This document shows positions 39,225 to 49,437 of a DNA stretch of 64,000 nucleotides, in pieces. Origin of the DNA: Nitrospira japonica (lineage in GTDB: Bacteria; Nitrospirota; Thermodesulfovibrionia; Thermodesulfovibrionales; SM23-35); the NCBI GenBank assembly GCA_020725385.1, contig DYFC01000017.1, forward strand, positions 32,001 through 96,000. Direction: 5' to 3'. The translations under genes were made by a program, and so were the position numbers. The notes below the pieces were generated by a model. It did no database searches. It was not told the origin of the DNA and saw only the letters and a program-made list of their open reading frames with translations. Position 1 is the stretch's first letter; every line of letters starts with the position of its first letter.

Positions 39225-40580
39225 TTATAGTATCGGAAGATAACGCATATGTTCATACGGATGAATTTGAATACTATACTCATCCCACTCAATTTTTTTG
39301 CTCATTATAAACTGCTCAAATATATGATCTCCAAGTGTTTCTTTTAAAAGTTCACTTTCTTCAGCAAATTCCAAAGCTCTGTTAAGGCTTCCCGGAAGAC
39401 TATCTATATTATATTTTTTTCTTTCTTCTTCAGTCATATGATAAACATCCATTTCTATTGGATCGGGCAGGATATATCCTTTTTCGATTCCTTTTAGCCC
39501 GGCGTTAAGCATACACGCAAATGCAAGATATGGATTGCAGGAAGGATCAGGTGAGCGAAGTTCAACACGTGTTGCTTTTTCTTTGCCGGGTTTGTATAAA
39601 GGAACTCTTACCAGAGTTGATCTATTACGTCTTGCCCAGCATATATAGACAGGAGCTTCGTAGCCCGGAACTAATCTTTTATATGAATTAACCCATTGAT
39701 TGAGTACAAGTGTTATCTCTTTTATATGTGTGAGGAGCCCTGCAATGTATTTTTTTGCAATATCCGATAGGAAGAATGGATCTTTTGAGTCAAAAAAAGC
39801 ATTTTTATCGCCAGTAAATAATGACTGATGTGTATGCATGCCACTTCCATTCTGCCCGAATATAGGCTTTGGCATAAATGTAGCATATACATTGTATTGT
39901 TTGGCTATCTCTTTAACGATGATTCTGTATGTCATAACAATATCGGCCATTGTCAAAGCATCAGCATATCTTAAATCTATTTCATGCTGTGAATGGGCGA
40001 CTTCATGATGCGAATATTCAACCTGTATTCCCATTGTTTCAAGAGCAAGTATAGTGTCTCTCCTCAAGTCTTCAGCAGCATCCAGAGGATAATCAAAATA
40101 GCCTCCTTCATCAAGTGGTTCTGTACTTTTATCGTTTTTAAAATAAAAATATTCCAATTCAGGTCCAACATAAAAGGTAAAGCCTTTTTGTTTTGCTTTA
40201 TCAAGATTTACTTTTAATATGTATCGGGGGTCTCCTTTGTATGGAGAGCCATCAGGTTCGTAAATATCACAAAACATTCTTGCAACAGCCTTTTCTTTAG
40301 GTCTCCAGGGAAGCATTACAAAAGTAGCAGGATCCGGTCTTGCTATCATATCGCTTTCATCAATTCTTGCAAAGCCTTTTATTGAAGAACCATCAAAACC
40401 CATGCCTTCATTGAATGCAAATTCAAGTTCATCAACAGGAACCGCAAAGCTTTTCAATTGTCCATGAATATCAGCAAACCATAATCTAACAAATTTGACA
40501 TCATATTTTTTTACAATTTCAAGAACATCTTTTTTATCCCTTGGTTTTTGTCCTGATTTTTTAATTTTTGCTTTTGCCAT
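39225..40580 (-). CDS. glnA: Glutamine synthetase type I (alpha-like)
   Basis: FDGSSI, GPELEY, HHEVA, TFMPKP..GQNGSGMH, SYKRLVPGYEAP and ELRSPD motifs. Confidence 0.93.
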   Translation of the reverse strand: MAKAKIKKSGQKPRDKKDVLEIVKKYDVKFVRLWFADIHGQLKSFAVPVDELEFAFNEGMGFDGSSIKGFARIDESDMIARPDPATFVMLPWRPKEKAVARMFCDIYEPDGSPYKGDPRYILKVNLDKAKQKGFTFYVGPELEYFYFKNDKSTEPLDEGGYFDYPLDAAEDLRRDTILALETMGIQVEYSHHEVAHSQHEIDLRYADALTMADIVMTYRIIVKEIAKQYNVYATFMPKPIFGQNGSGMHTHQSLFTGDKNAFFDSKDPFFLSDIAKKYIAGLLTHIKEITLVLNQWVNSYKRLVPGYEAPVYICWARRNRSTLVRVPLYKPGKEKATRVELRSPDPSCNPYLAFACMLNAGLKGIEKGYILPDPIEMDVYHMTEEERKKYNIDSLPGSLNRALEFAEESELLKETLGDHIFEQFIMSKKIEWDEYSIQIHPYEHMRYLPIL

Positions 40581-40604
40581 TTTAATTCCTCCGGAGTTTA
40601 TTAA

Positions 40605-41303
40605 TTACTTAATTTCTTTAAAAAATAATTTGTAAAAATTTCTTGCCCTACCTTTATATTCCTCATATATGCGTTCAGTTTCATTAATTATATTTTCTAT
40701 GTCTGGATTATCATTCAACCATTCAAGGATCATCTCACGTGTAACCTCTATATGAAATTGGAATGCATATATATTATTCCCATATCTGAATGCCTGGTGT
40801 TTATACATTTTAGAACTTGCGAGAAGAACAGCGCCATTAGGTAAAGTAAATGTGTCGCCATGCCAGTGGAATACTTTAAATTTTTTCCAGAAATCTCCAA
40901 CAGCAGGATGCTTTGCAAGTTGTCTCATTAAAGGATCTTTGATCCCTTCGCCTGTAAGTTCAATATGGTGCCAGCCTATTTCTTTCTCATCACCGGGATA
41001 AACGTCGGCACCAAGACAATGTGCAAGTAGTTGTGCTCCAAGACATATACCCATAACTTTAATATCTCTATTTATTGCTTCTCTGATAATTCGGGAGGCT
41101 GCTTGAAGATGGGGGTATTTATCCATTTCATAAACACCCATAGGGCCGCCAAGTATTATAAGTGCATTATATTTTTCAAGTGAAGGTGCAATTTCTCCTG
41201 AGCCAAGTTCTACTATTTTAAAACTTATATGTTTTTCTTTAAGAAAATCTCCGATAGTCCCGGGACCTTCAGTTATAATATTTTTGACAATTAATACTGC
41301 CAA
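40605..41303 (-). CDS. Class I glutamine amidotransferase-like protein
   Basis: GGPM, GICLGAQ, WHGD and QFHIE motifs; GGAGG RBS. Confidence 0.85.
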   Translation of the reverse strand: MAVLIVKNIITEGPGTIGDFLKEKHISFKIVELGSGEIAPSLEKYNALIILGGPMGVYEMDKYPHLQAASRIIREAINRDIKVMGICLGAQLLAHCLGADVYPGDEKEIGWHHIELTGEGIKDPLMRQLAKHPAVGDFWKKFKVFHWHGDTFTLPNGAVLLASSKMYKHQAFRYGNNIYAFQFHIEVTREMILEWLNDNPDIENIINETERIYEEYKGRARNFYKLFFKEIK

Positions 41304-41427
41304 TACAACCTCCTAAAGAAAGCTTATAGCAAAGAGATGAGAGCTAAAGTATTAAGCTACAAATTTTATGACTTTGTTACATGTTATCCGGATTATGCGA
41401 CAGCTTTATATAAAGTATACAAATAAA

Positions 41428-44214
41428 TTATTTGTAAATTACAGCCGAGATTTGTGACAAATTAAACCTTATTCTTTCTAATTTCTCAATTAACTCTTCT
41501 TTGGAAGTTAGGTTAATTAATTTTATTATTATATCAAGAATATCAGAATTTATCTGCAATACATTTAAATTATTCATTCTTAGAATAGTGTCAATTGTTC
41601 TAAGAAATCTGTGAGATTCTATAAGAAAACTTGAAGTTGACTTATCAATGAGAGAGAAAGAATCTATTTTTTTTAATGCTTCAAATGTATTTTGAATAAT
41701 AATATCAGGGAATATGTCAGCATATTTCAATTGTATATATTGAACAATAAATTCTATTTCTTTAATTCCGCCAGGACCTAATTTCAAATCATACCCTTTT
41801 TTTTCTTTTGAGATTTCTTTTATTATTCTTTGCCTCATTTCCTGTAAATCCTGCGAACGAATATCTTTTTTTCTCTTTAAAATGATTTTTCTTCTCAAAT
41901 TCTCAAAGTCATTAATCAAGAAAAGGTTGCCTGCTACAGGGCGAGCTTTAATCAATGATTGTATTTCCCATGGTTTTGCATTTCTTAAAAAATATTCTTC
42001 ATACCCTTTAATGTTGTTTACAAGAATTCCTTTTGAGCCATCAGGTCTTAATCTCAGATCAACTTTATATGCAATTCCTGTATCAGTATATTCTGTCAGC
42101 AGTTTTATAATCTTGTCTGGAAATTCATTATATACTTTGTCTTCAGAAACAATAAAAATAAGGTCAAGATCTGAACCGATATTAAGTTCCTTTGAGCCAT
42201 AACCACCAAATGCTATTATTGCAAATTTTGTATCAGGCATTAAAGAAGAAGTAATTATTTTTAGAATCGCATCTGCTATTGAGCTCAACCTTTCCATAAA
42301 ACTATATACATCAAGTATGCCTGTAATAAAAAATATACCTGATTTTAACTCTTCATAGGATTTGAATTTCCGGATGCTTTGGTTTATTTCATTTGTTTTA
42401 AGCATTATTTGAATCATCTCTTCAAATCGTTTAAAATTACCATTAATATGCTGCAAATCAAAAATACTTTCAATATTTTCTATATTAAGTAAAGACCTTG
42501 TTAAATAACTGCTTGTTGAAAATGTCTTAATAATTATTTCTATAAGCTCGCGTCTTTCTTTTAGTATTCCAGTAAAGGATGCATGCTCTCCTATCTTGTC
42601 TATGAAATTAGTAAGATTTAAAAGCGCTTTGTCTTTGTTTGTTGCTTTTATAATTTCATCAAGAAAATAAGCTATAACTTTTCTCAGAGATGTTCTTTCA
42701 TACAAGGTTTTATATGTAGTTAACTGTTCCTGCAGTAGTCTGATATTTTTAAATGCCTCGTTAGGATCGGTAAAACCTTTGAACTTAAGAAAATCAAAAA
42801 CAGCCTCATCTGGCAGTTCTTCAAATACAGAGAGTATAGAATCAGTTGATTCAGCAGTATCTTTAAAGAGAAGGTTATACATGTCTCTTACTTTAAATCT
42901 TTGGAGTTTTAATTTGGACATAAAAACTGCTTTATTATCAAAAAGCATTTTCTTTGCAAGTATCTCAAGTTCCTCATCCGAAGAAGGAATAATATAGGTT
43001 TGGGTGTCATCCCTCATTTGAAGAAAATGTTCAATCCTTCTTAAGAAAAAATAGCTGTTACTTAATATATCACTATCGTCTTTTGAAAGAAGATTTTCAA
43101 TTAATAATTCATTCAAAGTTTCAGAAATTTTTCTTTTTCTTAGATTATCTTTTTCTCCACCGTATAACAACTGAAAAGCATGAACAAAAAACTCAACTTC
43201 TCTAATGCCGCCATAACCTCGTTTTATATCATTTGTATCAGAGATACTATCGATTCTTTTTTTAAGACTTTTTATCTCTTCAATATCATTATAATCGAGT
43301 GATTTTTTCCAGATAAATGGTTCTATGCCTTTTAGAAAATATAAGCCCAATGAAGTATCTCCTGAGATGTATCTTGAGCGAATTAAGGCAAATCTTTCCC
43401 ATGACTTTCCCCATGATTCATAATATTGAAAACAGGCATTTAAAGGAGTTGAGATAGATCCTTTTTGACCATTTGGTCTAAGTCTTAAATCAACCCTGTA
43501 ACATATACCATCTTCTGTAATAGTTTGAAATAAATTAGTAATTATTTCTGTTAATTTGCAGAAATATTCGTGTGAATTTATTCTGTTTTTCAAAATGCCG
43601 GATGCTGTTCTTATGCCTGAAGATATTTGTCTTTCTGAAAGATAAACAGTCATAATATCAATGTCTGAACTATAATTAAGTTCTTCTGCACCAAGCTTTC
43701 CGAGACCTATTATGGCGAAAGAATTGTCTTTAATATCTCCAAAGTTATCTTTCATTAATTTAGAAGACATATTAAGAGCAATTTCAATTAGTGCATCTGC
43801 AAGTACAGTCAGTTCAAAGGCACTCTCTTCTGTACTAATTTTTCTGGAAAGATCTCTTAAAGTTATTCTTAGTAAATAATCTTTTTTTAGTGTTCTCAGT
43901 ATTTCAAGACATTGTTTTTTATATTCATAATCCCGTAGATTTTTTTCTAATCTTTTATAATCTTTAATTATTTGTTCTTTAGAAATTGGTGAATCTATTT
44001 TTTTTAAAGATGAAGTGAGACTTTCAGGCTTAATGAATGAATAATCAGCAAGAAACTGACTACACGAAAATAACATTGCAATATTTGAAAGAAATGCAAT
44101 ATTCTGTTCGATAAAGTCAGGATGCGTAGTTTGCATTCTTTGCAAATTCTTAAGACATCTTGGTTTGTCAGGGGTTGTATCTGAAATATCATTAATAAGT
44201 TTGATAATATTCAT
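41428..44214 (-). CDS. glnE: Glutamine synthetase adenylyltransferase/adenylyl-removing enzyme
   Basis: Two nucleotidyltransferase repeats (GKLGAEELNYSSDID and GGYGSKELNIGSDLD), two VDLRLRP motifs, and GGI(R/K)E(V/I)EF twice. Confidence 0.92.
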   Translation of the reverse strand: MNIIKLINDISDTTPDKPRCLKNLQRMQTTHPDFIEQNIAFLSNIAMLFSCSQFLADYSFIKPESLTSSLKKIDSPISKEQIIKDYKRLEKNLRDYEYKKQCLEILRTLKKDYLLRITLRDLSRKISTEESAFELTVLADALIEIALNMSSKLMKDNFGDIKDNSFAIIGLGKLGAEELNYSSDIDIMTVYLSERQISSGIRTASGILKNRINSHEYFCKLTEIITNLFQTITEDGICYRVDLRLRPNGQKGSISTPLNACFQYYESWGKSWERFALIRSRYISGDTSLGLYFLKGIEPFIWKKSLDYNDIEEIKSLKKRIDSISDTNDIKRGYGGIREVEFFVHAFQLLYGGEKDNLRKRKISETLNELLIENLLSKDDSDILSNSYFFLRRIEHFLQMRDDTQTYIIPSSDEELEILAKKMLFDNKAVFMSKLKLQRFKVRDMYNLLFKDTAESTDSILSVFEELPDEAVFDFLKFKGFTDPNEAFKNIRLLQEQLTTYKTLYERTSLRKVIAYFLDEIIKATNKDKALLNLTNFIDKIGEHASFTGILKERRELIEIIIKTFSTSSYLTRSLLNIENIESIFDLQHINGNFKRFEEMIQIMLKTNEINQSIRKFKSYEELKSGIFFITGILDVYSFMERLSSIADAILKIITSSLMPDTKFAIIAFGGYGSKELNIGSDLDLIFIVSEDKVYNEFPDKIIKLLTEYTDTGIAYKVDLRLRPDGSKGILVNNIKGYEEYFLRNAKPWEIQSLIKARPVAGNLFLINDFENLRRKIILKRKKDIRSQDLQEMRQRIIKEISKEKKGYDLKLGPGGIKEIEFIVQYIQLKYADIFPDIIIQNTFEALKKIDSFSLIDKSTSSFLIESHRFLRTIDTILRMNNLNVLQINSDILDIIIKLINLTSKEELIEKLERIRFNLSQISAVIYK

Positions 44215-44229
44215 ATAAAAAGAGAGTGA

Positions 44230-45198
44230 TTAAAGTGGAAAATTAAGATCGAGAATTCTTTTTCTTAAAATTAAAATCTCAAATGAAATCGCAGCCATAG
44301 AAGCCAATAATGATAGAAAACCAACATTTGCATTTAATACCGAAGAAACTCCGTTATCAGCATAAAGTAATGAAATTACCCTGTCTCTTAAAATAATTGG
44401 AAGTATCAATACATCCTGTGGTGTTCCTGATAGAAGGCGTATTAAAGCTTCATTTTCTTTTACATTAAGAATAGGTCCTCTGTAACTGCTTTTATTTCTT
44501 AATACATCTGAGAACACCGATTGTCCTTTTTCTTGCATAGAAAAAGTTTCAACATTGAGTCCTCTGCCTTTCCAGCCCATGATTGTACCGCTTTTTACAG
44601 TGAATAACGCTGTACGTTTTGCAATTTTATATGCCTCATTTAACAATAAACCTGCTATTCCCTCTTTGTCTTTAACTTCAGTAAAAGCGATCTTTATTTT
44701 ATTAATCGAGTTTTCTTCAATTTTGGTTTCGGGATTGAAACGGTCACTTAAACTTATAAAACGTACATTCCTCTTAATCCCGTAGTATTTTTCAAGAGAA
44801 TATAAAAGACGCATTTCGGATATTACGTATGGAATAATATCAAAACCTGTAATAAAACGTAGTTCATCGAGTTCTCTTATATCTTTCGGATTAAGCATAG
44901 CAGTGTGCATTCTGCTTCGTTCTTTTTTAAAGGGAAGAATTTTATATTTATCAATTACGTCAATACTGATTGATGATATAATATCTTCCGGAATATTGTT
45001 CAATAAATCGAGCGGTGCAGGGGCCACTTTGAAGTATTTGCTTAGGAATTTTGTTAGTTCTGTTTCATCAATGTATCTTAACTCGAGAAGATTAGTCCCT
45101 ATTCTCCCTCCAAATTGTATCTGCCTTTTTAACGCTTGTTCAAGTTGTTGCGTTGTTATGAGCGCTTCTTTTACAAGTGCTTCACCAAGTTTCATCAT
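44230..45198 (-). CDS. MshEN/T2SS-E N-terminal domain protein with GAF-like C-terminus, no ATPase
   Basis: KLGEALV..ALIT..QL..AL..Q followed by RIGTNLL tandem motif; AMLNP; LLYAD. Confidence 0.7.
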   Translation of the reverse strand: MMKLGEALVKEALITTQQLEQALKRQIQFGGRIGTNLLELRYIDETELTKFLSKYFKVAPAPLDLLNNIPEDIISSISIDVIDKYKILPFKKERSRMHTAMLNPKDIRELDELRFITGFDIIPYVISEMRLLYSLEKYYGIKRNVRFISLSDRFNPETKIEENSINKIKIAFTEVKDKEGIAGLLLNEAYKIAKRTALFTVKSGTIMGWKGRGLNVETFSMQEKGQSVFSDVLRNKSSYRGPILNVKENEALIRLLSGTPQDVLILPIILRDRVISLLYADNGVSSVLNANVGFLSLLASMAAISFEILILRKRILDLNFPL

Positions 45199-45236
45199 AA
45201 TACATTATTAATTTTTGCATAAAAAATATCAAGATG

Positions 45237-46052
45237 TTATTTTTTAGAAGGATTGAGATTATGCACTATCTCCGCGCCTATCAAGAATATACAGGAGGAA
45301 TAAAATACCCACAATAAAAATACAACAAAAGCTGATAGAGGGCCATATATTGTCCCGAATTTTACAACTGAGCCAACATACCAGGTAAATACATGTTTTG
45401 CTATTTCAAGTAATATGGTAGTAAATAAAGCACCTGACAAAGCGTGCTTGATTCTTATCTTACTTTTTGGGAAAAATAAATACATAATAGTCACAGTAAA
45501 AAGGACTGTAAAAAAAGGTATTACATATCTGATAAGCAAAGCAGTAATTAAGCCTATTCTAAGTGTGGGAAAAGTCTGCTTTAAAGTTTTCAGTAGCGGA
45601 ATCAATGAAGTAGTAGCAAATGAGATAAAAATAGTTATTATTATAAAAGTTATCATTATTATAGAGAAAATTACAGACCAGAAAAAAGATCTTTTCTTTT
45701 TTACTTTGAATATTATGTTTAATGCATTCTCAAGAGATGCAAATACTTGTATTGATAAAAAACCATACAATAAAAGACTCAAAGTACCTATTGCTTTGTA
45801 AGAGATAAGCTTATTGAGTTCTTTTATTATTCCTGAAGTAATCTCGGGGAAAAACTCTATTAATCTATGAGAGAAGAACTCATAAAAACCATGATATTTA
45901 CCGAGTATGTACCCAAGTATAGTAATTAGAAAAAGACAGAAAGGAACCATTGCCATCATAGCAAAATAGGATATAGAGCCAGCTAGCATTACTCCATTAT
46001 CCCTGAAGAAGTCAATAAAACTTTTTGAGATAATCTTTATAAATTTCAACAT
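45237..46052 (-). CDS. YihY/BrkB-family inner membrane protein
   Basis: Multi-TM; YGPLSAFVVFLLWVFYSSCIFLIGAE motif. Confidence 0.88.
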   Translation of the reverse strand: MLKFIKIISKSFIDFFRDNGVMLAGSISYFAMMAMVPFCLFLITILGYILGKYHGFYEFFSHRLIEFFPEITSGIIKELNKLISYKAIGTLSLLLYGFLSIQVFASLENALNIIFKVKKKRSFFWSVIFSIIMITFIIITIFISFATTSLIPLLKTLKQTFPTLRIGLITALLIRYVIPFFTVLFTVTIMYLFFPKSKIRIKHALSGALFTTILLEIAKHVFTWYVGSVVKFGTIYGPLSAFVVFLLWVFYSSCIFLIGAEIVHNLNPSKK

Positions 46053-46092
46053 AATTAAAATTATTTTAACTTAACTTATTGAATTTATGAAT

Positions 46093-47397
46093 TTATTTCT
46101 TTTTAATGTATATTCTTATTGGTGTGCCTTTAAAGGAGAAATGATTTCTTAATATCTTTTCAATATGTCTTATATGGAAGTCTTTAAAAGCTTCTGGGTG
46201 ATTTGTAAATAGTATAAATACAGGAGGAGCGGTTTTAATTTGTGTAATATAATATATTTTTACAGTTCTGCCTTTATAGCTTGGAAGGTTCGAGGTAGAT
46301 AATATTTCATTAAGAACCCTGTTTAGTTCAGCAGTCTGGATTCTTTTATTACGTTCTTTAATAATTTCATCTATTATCGGAAAAATTTTTGTAACCCTTT
46401 TTTTTTCAAGAGCTGATATAGTGATGAAAGGCGCATACTGCATAAACCACATTTTTCCGAGTAGTTCTTTACCAAGAATTTTATAATCATTTTCAGGGTT
46501 TTTCATTAAATCCCATTTATTAAGAATAAAAATAGCACCTTTACCATATTCTTCGACAATGCCTGCAATTTTTTGATCCTGTTCTGTTATTCCTTCAGAT
46601 GAATCAATAACTATTAATGCTACATCACACCTTTCAATACTTTTTAAAGCTCTTACCAATGAATACTTTTCTACGGAATAACTGAATTTATCTTTTTTTC
46701 TTATGCCTGCTGTATCAATAAGAAGATATTTTTTACCGTAGTAGGAACATATACTGTCAATCGAATCTCTTGTTGTGCCGGGTATAGGGCTCACAATCAT
46801 TCTTTTTTTACTCAGGAGTGTATTAATCAGAGTTGACTTTCCTGAATTTGGTTTGCCGACAACAGCGATTTTCGGGAAAATTGCAGATTCTTCTTTATAT
46901 TCAGGAAGTAAGGACACAAGTTTTTCCATAAAATCATCATAACCATAGCCTGTTGCTGCGGATAATGGTATCAGTTCTTCAGAACCTATTGCATAGAAAT
47001 CGTATAATCTATCTTCCCGTGAATATGCATCTATTTTATTTACAGCCCAGATTACTTTTTTCCCGGATGCTCTAATTTTTTTTGATAGTTCAATATCAGG
47101 AGGAGTTAATCCTGCTTTACCATCAAGCAAATGGATGATGACATCTCCTTCTTCAATAGCAAAAAGAGCCTGTTCTGTAACCTGTTTTATGATTTCATCA
47201 TCTGCTTCTGGATAAAAACCTCCGGTATCAACAACAATAAAGTGTTTTCCTTCCCATTCTGCATCAAGATAATTACGGTCTCTTGTAACCCCGGGTATGT
47301 TTTCTATAATAGCTGTACGTGTACCTGTAATTCTGTTAAAAAGTGTTGATTTGCCTACATTTGGTCTTCCAACGATTACTACTATAGGTTTAGGCAT
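46093..47397 (-). CDS. der: Ribosome biogenesis GTPase Der (EngA)
   Basis: Two G domains (GRPNVGKS, GKPNSGKS), DTGG/DTAG and a C-terminal KH-like domain. Confidence 0.96.
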   Translation of the reverse strand: MPKPIVVIVGRPNVGKSTLFNRITGTRTAIIENIPGVTRDRNYLDAEWEGKHFIVVDTGGFYPEADDEIIKQVTEQALFAIEEGDVIIHLLDGKAGLTPPDIELSKKIRASGKKVIWAVNKIDAYSREDRLYDFYAIGSEELIPLSAATGYGYDDFMEKLVSLLPEYKEESAIFPKIAVVGKPNSGKSTLINTLLSKKRMIVSPIPGTTRDSIDSICSYYGKKYLLIDTAGIRKKDKFSYSVEKYSLVRALKSIERCDVALIVIDSSEGITEQDQKIAGIVEEYGKGAIFILNKWDLMKNPENDYKILGKELLGKMWFMQYAPFITISALEKKRVTKIFPIIDEIIKERNKRIQTAELNRVLNEILSTSNLPSYKGRTVKIYYITQIKTAPPVFILFTNHPEAFKDFHIRHIEKILRNHFSFKGTPIRIYIKKK

Positions 47398-47903
47398 ATA
47401 TATTTTTTAAACTCCTCCACCATTTGTATCCATAATTCTGCTATTTCTTTTAATTTATCATCAAACTCCCTGTAATTGATAGCAGGCTCCATTACATCAA
47501 ATAAAGAATCACAAAAATACCAGTTGCAACCTGAAGGTCTAAAAACTCTATTTAGAGAACAGCCATTTTTATTTAAGAAATGGCATGGTTCTGAATCGTT
47601 TTTACTAAAATCAACTTCAGGTATTTTTGCCTCTATGGCATGAAGGTAGATAAGATCTTCGAGATTGAAACGGCCATGCTTACTGATACAACATACATTT
47701 TTACAATCGGGACAAACATTATCAGTAGCACTTTGAATAAAATAATCTATATCTTGTATGCCCTTTTTTATTTTTACCGAAAGTTTTTTTATATATGCTA
47801 TCTCATCATTCTGTTTGTTAAATAATTGTTCCATAAAGATAAGTAGCGACTTATAATCATTAATTTCTCTTAAATTGTAATTATCTAATATTTTTATATT
47901 CAT
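47382..47903 (-). CDS. Cysteine-cluster protein (YkgJ/CxxCxxxCC-like)
   Basis: CPDCKNVCC, PCHFL...GCSL and RPSGCNWYFC motifs. Confidence 0.6.
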   Translation of the reverse strand: MNIKILDNYNLREINDYKSLLIFMEQLFNKQNDEIAYIKKLSVKIKKGIQDIDYFIQSATDNVCPDCKNVCCISKHGRFNLEDLIYLHAIEAKIPEVDFSKNDSEPCHFLNKNGCSLNRVFRPSGCNWYFCDSLFDVMEPAINYREFDDKLKEIAELWIQMVEEFKKYICLNL

Positions 47904-47970
47904 AATTCATGTGATATTTTGGTCTGAATTAAAGATTTTTTTTATAATTGACGATATTAATATTAAGCTA

Positions 47971-48121
47971 TCCCGGGTTTTGAGAGCAGAGGGAATAAAT
48001 ATAGTGTGTAATCCCGGAGTGCATGATGTGGTGTGCATGCTCTTCTAAATACAGAGAAGCCTAAAGCATCAGCCAGGGTTAAAATGTTATAAGAGCCTCT
48101 TTAGCAGATCAAAATCCGGGA
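47971..48121 (+). ncRNA. ssrS: 6S RNA
   Basis: 13-bp closing stem, AGAGG/CCTCT stem, unpaired AT-rich central bubble and further stems; apical GGTGTGCATGCTC...GAGAAGCCTAAA resembles enterobacterial 6S; TATAAT upstream at 47943. Confidence 0.72.
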
Positions 48122-48176
48122 CAAGATTTAACTTAATATATATATCAAGCTATCATCTCTTCACCTTCTACTAATC

Positions 48177-48204
48177 AAAAGGGTTCAGGTTTTTGAACCC
48201 TTTT
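48177..48204. terminator. Bidirectional intrinsic terminator
   Basis: AAAAGGGTTCA-loop-TGAACCCTTTT. Confidence 0.8.
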
Positions 48205-48211
48205 AAGATTT

Positions 48212-49345
48212 TTAATTTATTGCAAATATTTTTTTTAATACATTTACAATATGTAATACTTCCGATTTTTTAAGTAATGGATACAAAGGTAAAGATATGG
48301 TTCTCTGACCAATTTCCTCGGCAACAGGAAAATCCCCTTCTTTAAATCCATAAGTTTTTCTGTAATATTTTAACAAATGGATAGGTCTATAATTTACAGC
48401 AACACCTATATTATTTTTCTGAAGTGACCATACAATCTGGTCCCTTCTTCTTGCAGGTACTAAAATTGTAAAAAGATGTCTTGCATGTTTAAGCCCGGGT
48501 AACGTCTTTAATAGGTTAATCTCTTTTATTGTTTTCAAAAAAGTCTCATAATATTCCCAAAGTTGATTACGTTTTTCCCATAATTTATCTATCCGTCTCA
48601 ATTGACCAAGTAAAAGAGATGCTTGAATATTATCCATGTTGTATTTCCATCCAAGAACCGGCATATCCCAGTGACGGTATTTCCCTGTATATCTATCTGC
48701 AGCAGATTTATCAATACCATGTAAACGTAACATTCTTAGGATCTCTGCAAGTTTTATATTATTTGTGCTTATAGCTCCTCCTTCACCTGAAGTAATATTT
48801 TTCGTAGCATAGAAACTGAAACAAGCAGCATCGGAGATTTGCCCTGGTTTTAATCCTGCGCGTGATGCCTCGATTGAATGTGCGGCATCTTCTACTATTT
48901 TTAACTTATATTTGGAAGCTATTTTGTAAATTTTTTTCATATCACACATTTGCCCGTACAGATGTACAGGCAAGATTGCTTTTGTTTTTTCAGTAATAGC
49001 AGTCTCAAGAAGTTCTGCATTCATGTTGCCGGTGTCTTCTTCTACATCCACAAATACAGGTTTTGCACCTGTGTGCAAAATTGAATTGGCTGTTGCACAA
49101 AAACTCATTGGAGTTGTTATAACTTCGTCTCCATTTCCTATCCCGAGGGCCAGTAAACTAAGATGAAGAGCGGCTGTACAGCTTGTAACGCCAACAGTTT
49201 GTTTTACACCCAGATACTTAGAGAAGGCTTCCTCAAAAAGGGCGACTTCAGTGCCGGTAGTAAGAAATATTGACCTGAGAACATGATTCAGCCTAAACAA
49301 ATCATCATTATTAATGTTATGACGAAAAAATTCTATCTTTTTCAT
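48212..49345 (-). CDS. DegT/DnrJ/ArnB-family nucleotide-sugar aminotransferase
   Basis: SCTAALH, PVHLYG, EDAAH and SFYATKNITSGEGG (PLP Lys) motifs. Confidence 0.92.
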   Translation of the reverse strand: MKKIEFFRHNINNDDLFRLNHVLRSIFLTTGTEVALFEEAFSKYLGVKQTVGVTSCTAALHLSLLALGIGNGDEVITTPMSFCATANSILHTGAKPVFVDVEEDTGNMNAELLETAITEKTKAILPVHLYGQMCDMKKIYKIASKYKLKIVEDAAHSIEASRAGLKPGQISDAACFSFYATKNITSGEGGAISTNNIKLAEILRMLRLHGIDKSAADRYTGKYRHWDMPVLGWKYNMDNIQASLLLGQLRRIDKLWEKRNQLWEYYETFLKTIKEINLLKTLPGLKHARHLFTILVPARRRDQIVWSLQKNNIGVAVNYRPIHLLKYYRKTYGFKEGDFPVAEEIGQRTISLPLYPLLKKSEVLHIVNVLKKIFAIN

Positions 49346-49437
49346 AAAATATAGAAAAGAATATTTATTTTACTAATGTAACATGATTATAAATATCTGA
49401 ATATGATAAAATTAAATTAAAAAACTTTAAAAGAATC

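Noticed and set aside
41340-41427. GlnR/TnrA or NrpR operator upstream of the amidotransferase-glnA genes
   Set aside because: Only half-site-like TGTTAC sequences are present, with no correctly spaced palindrome.
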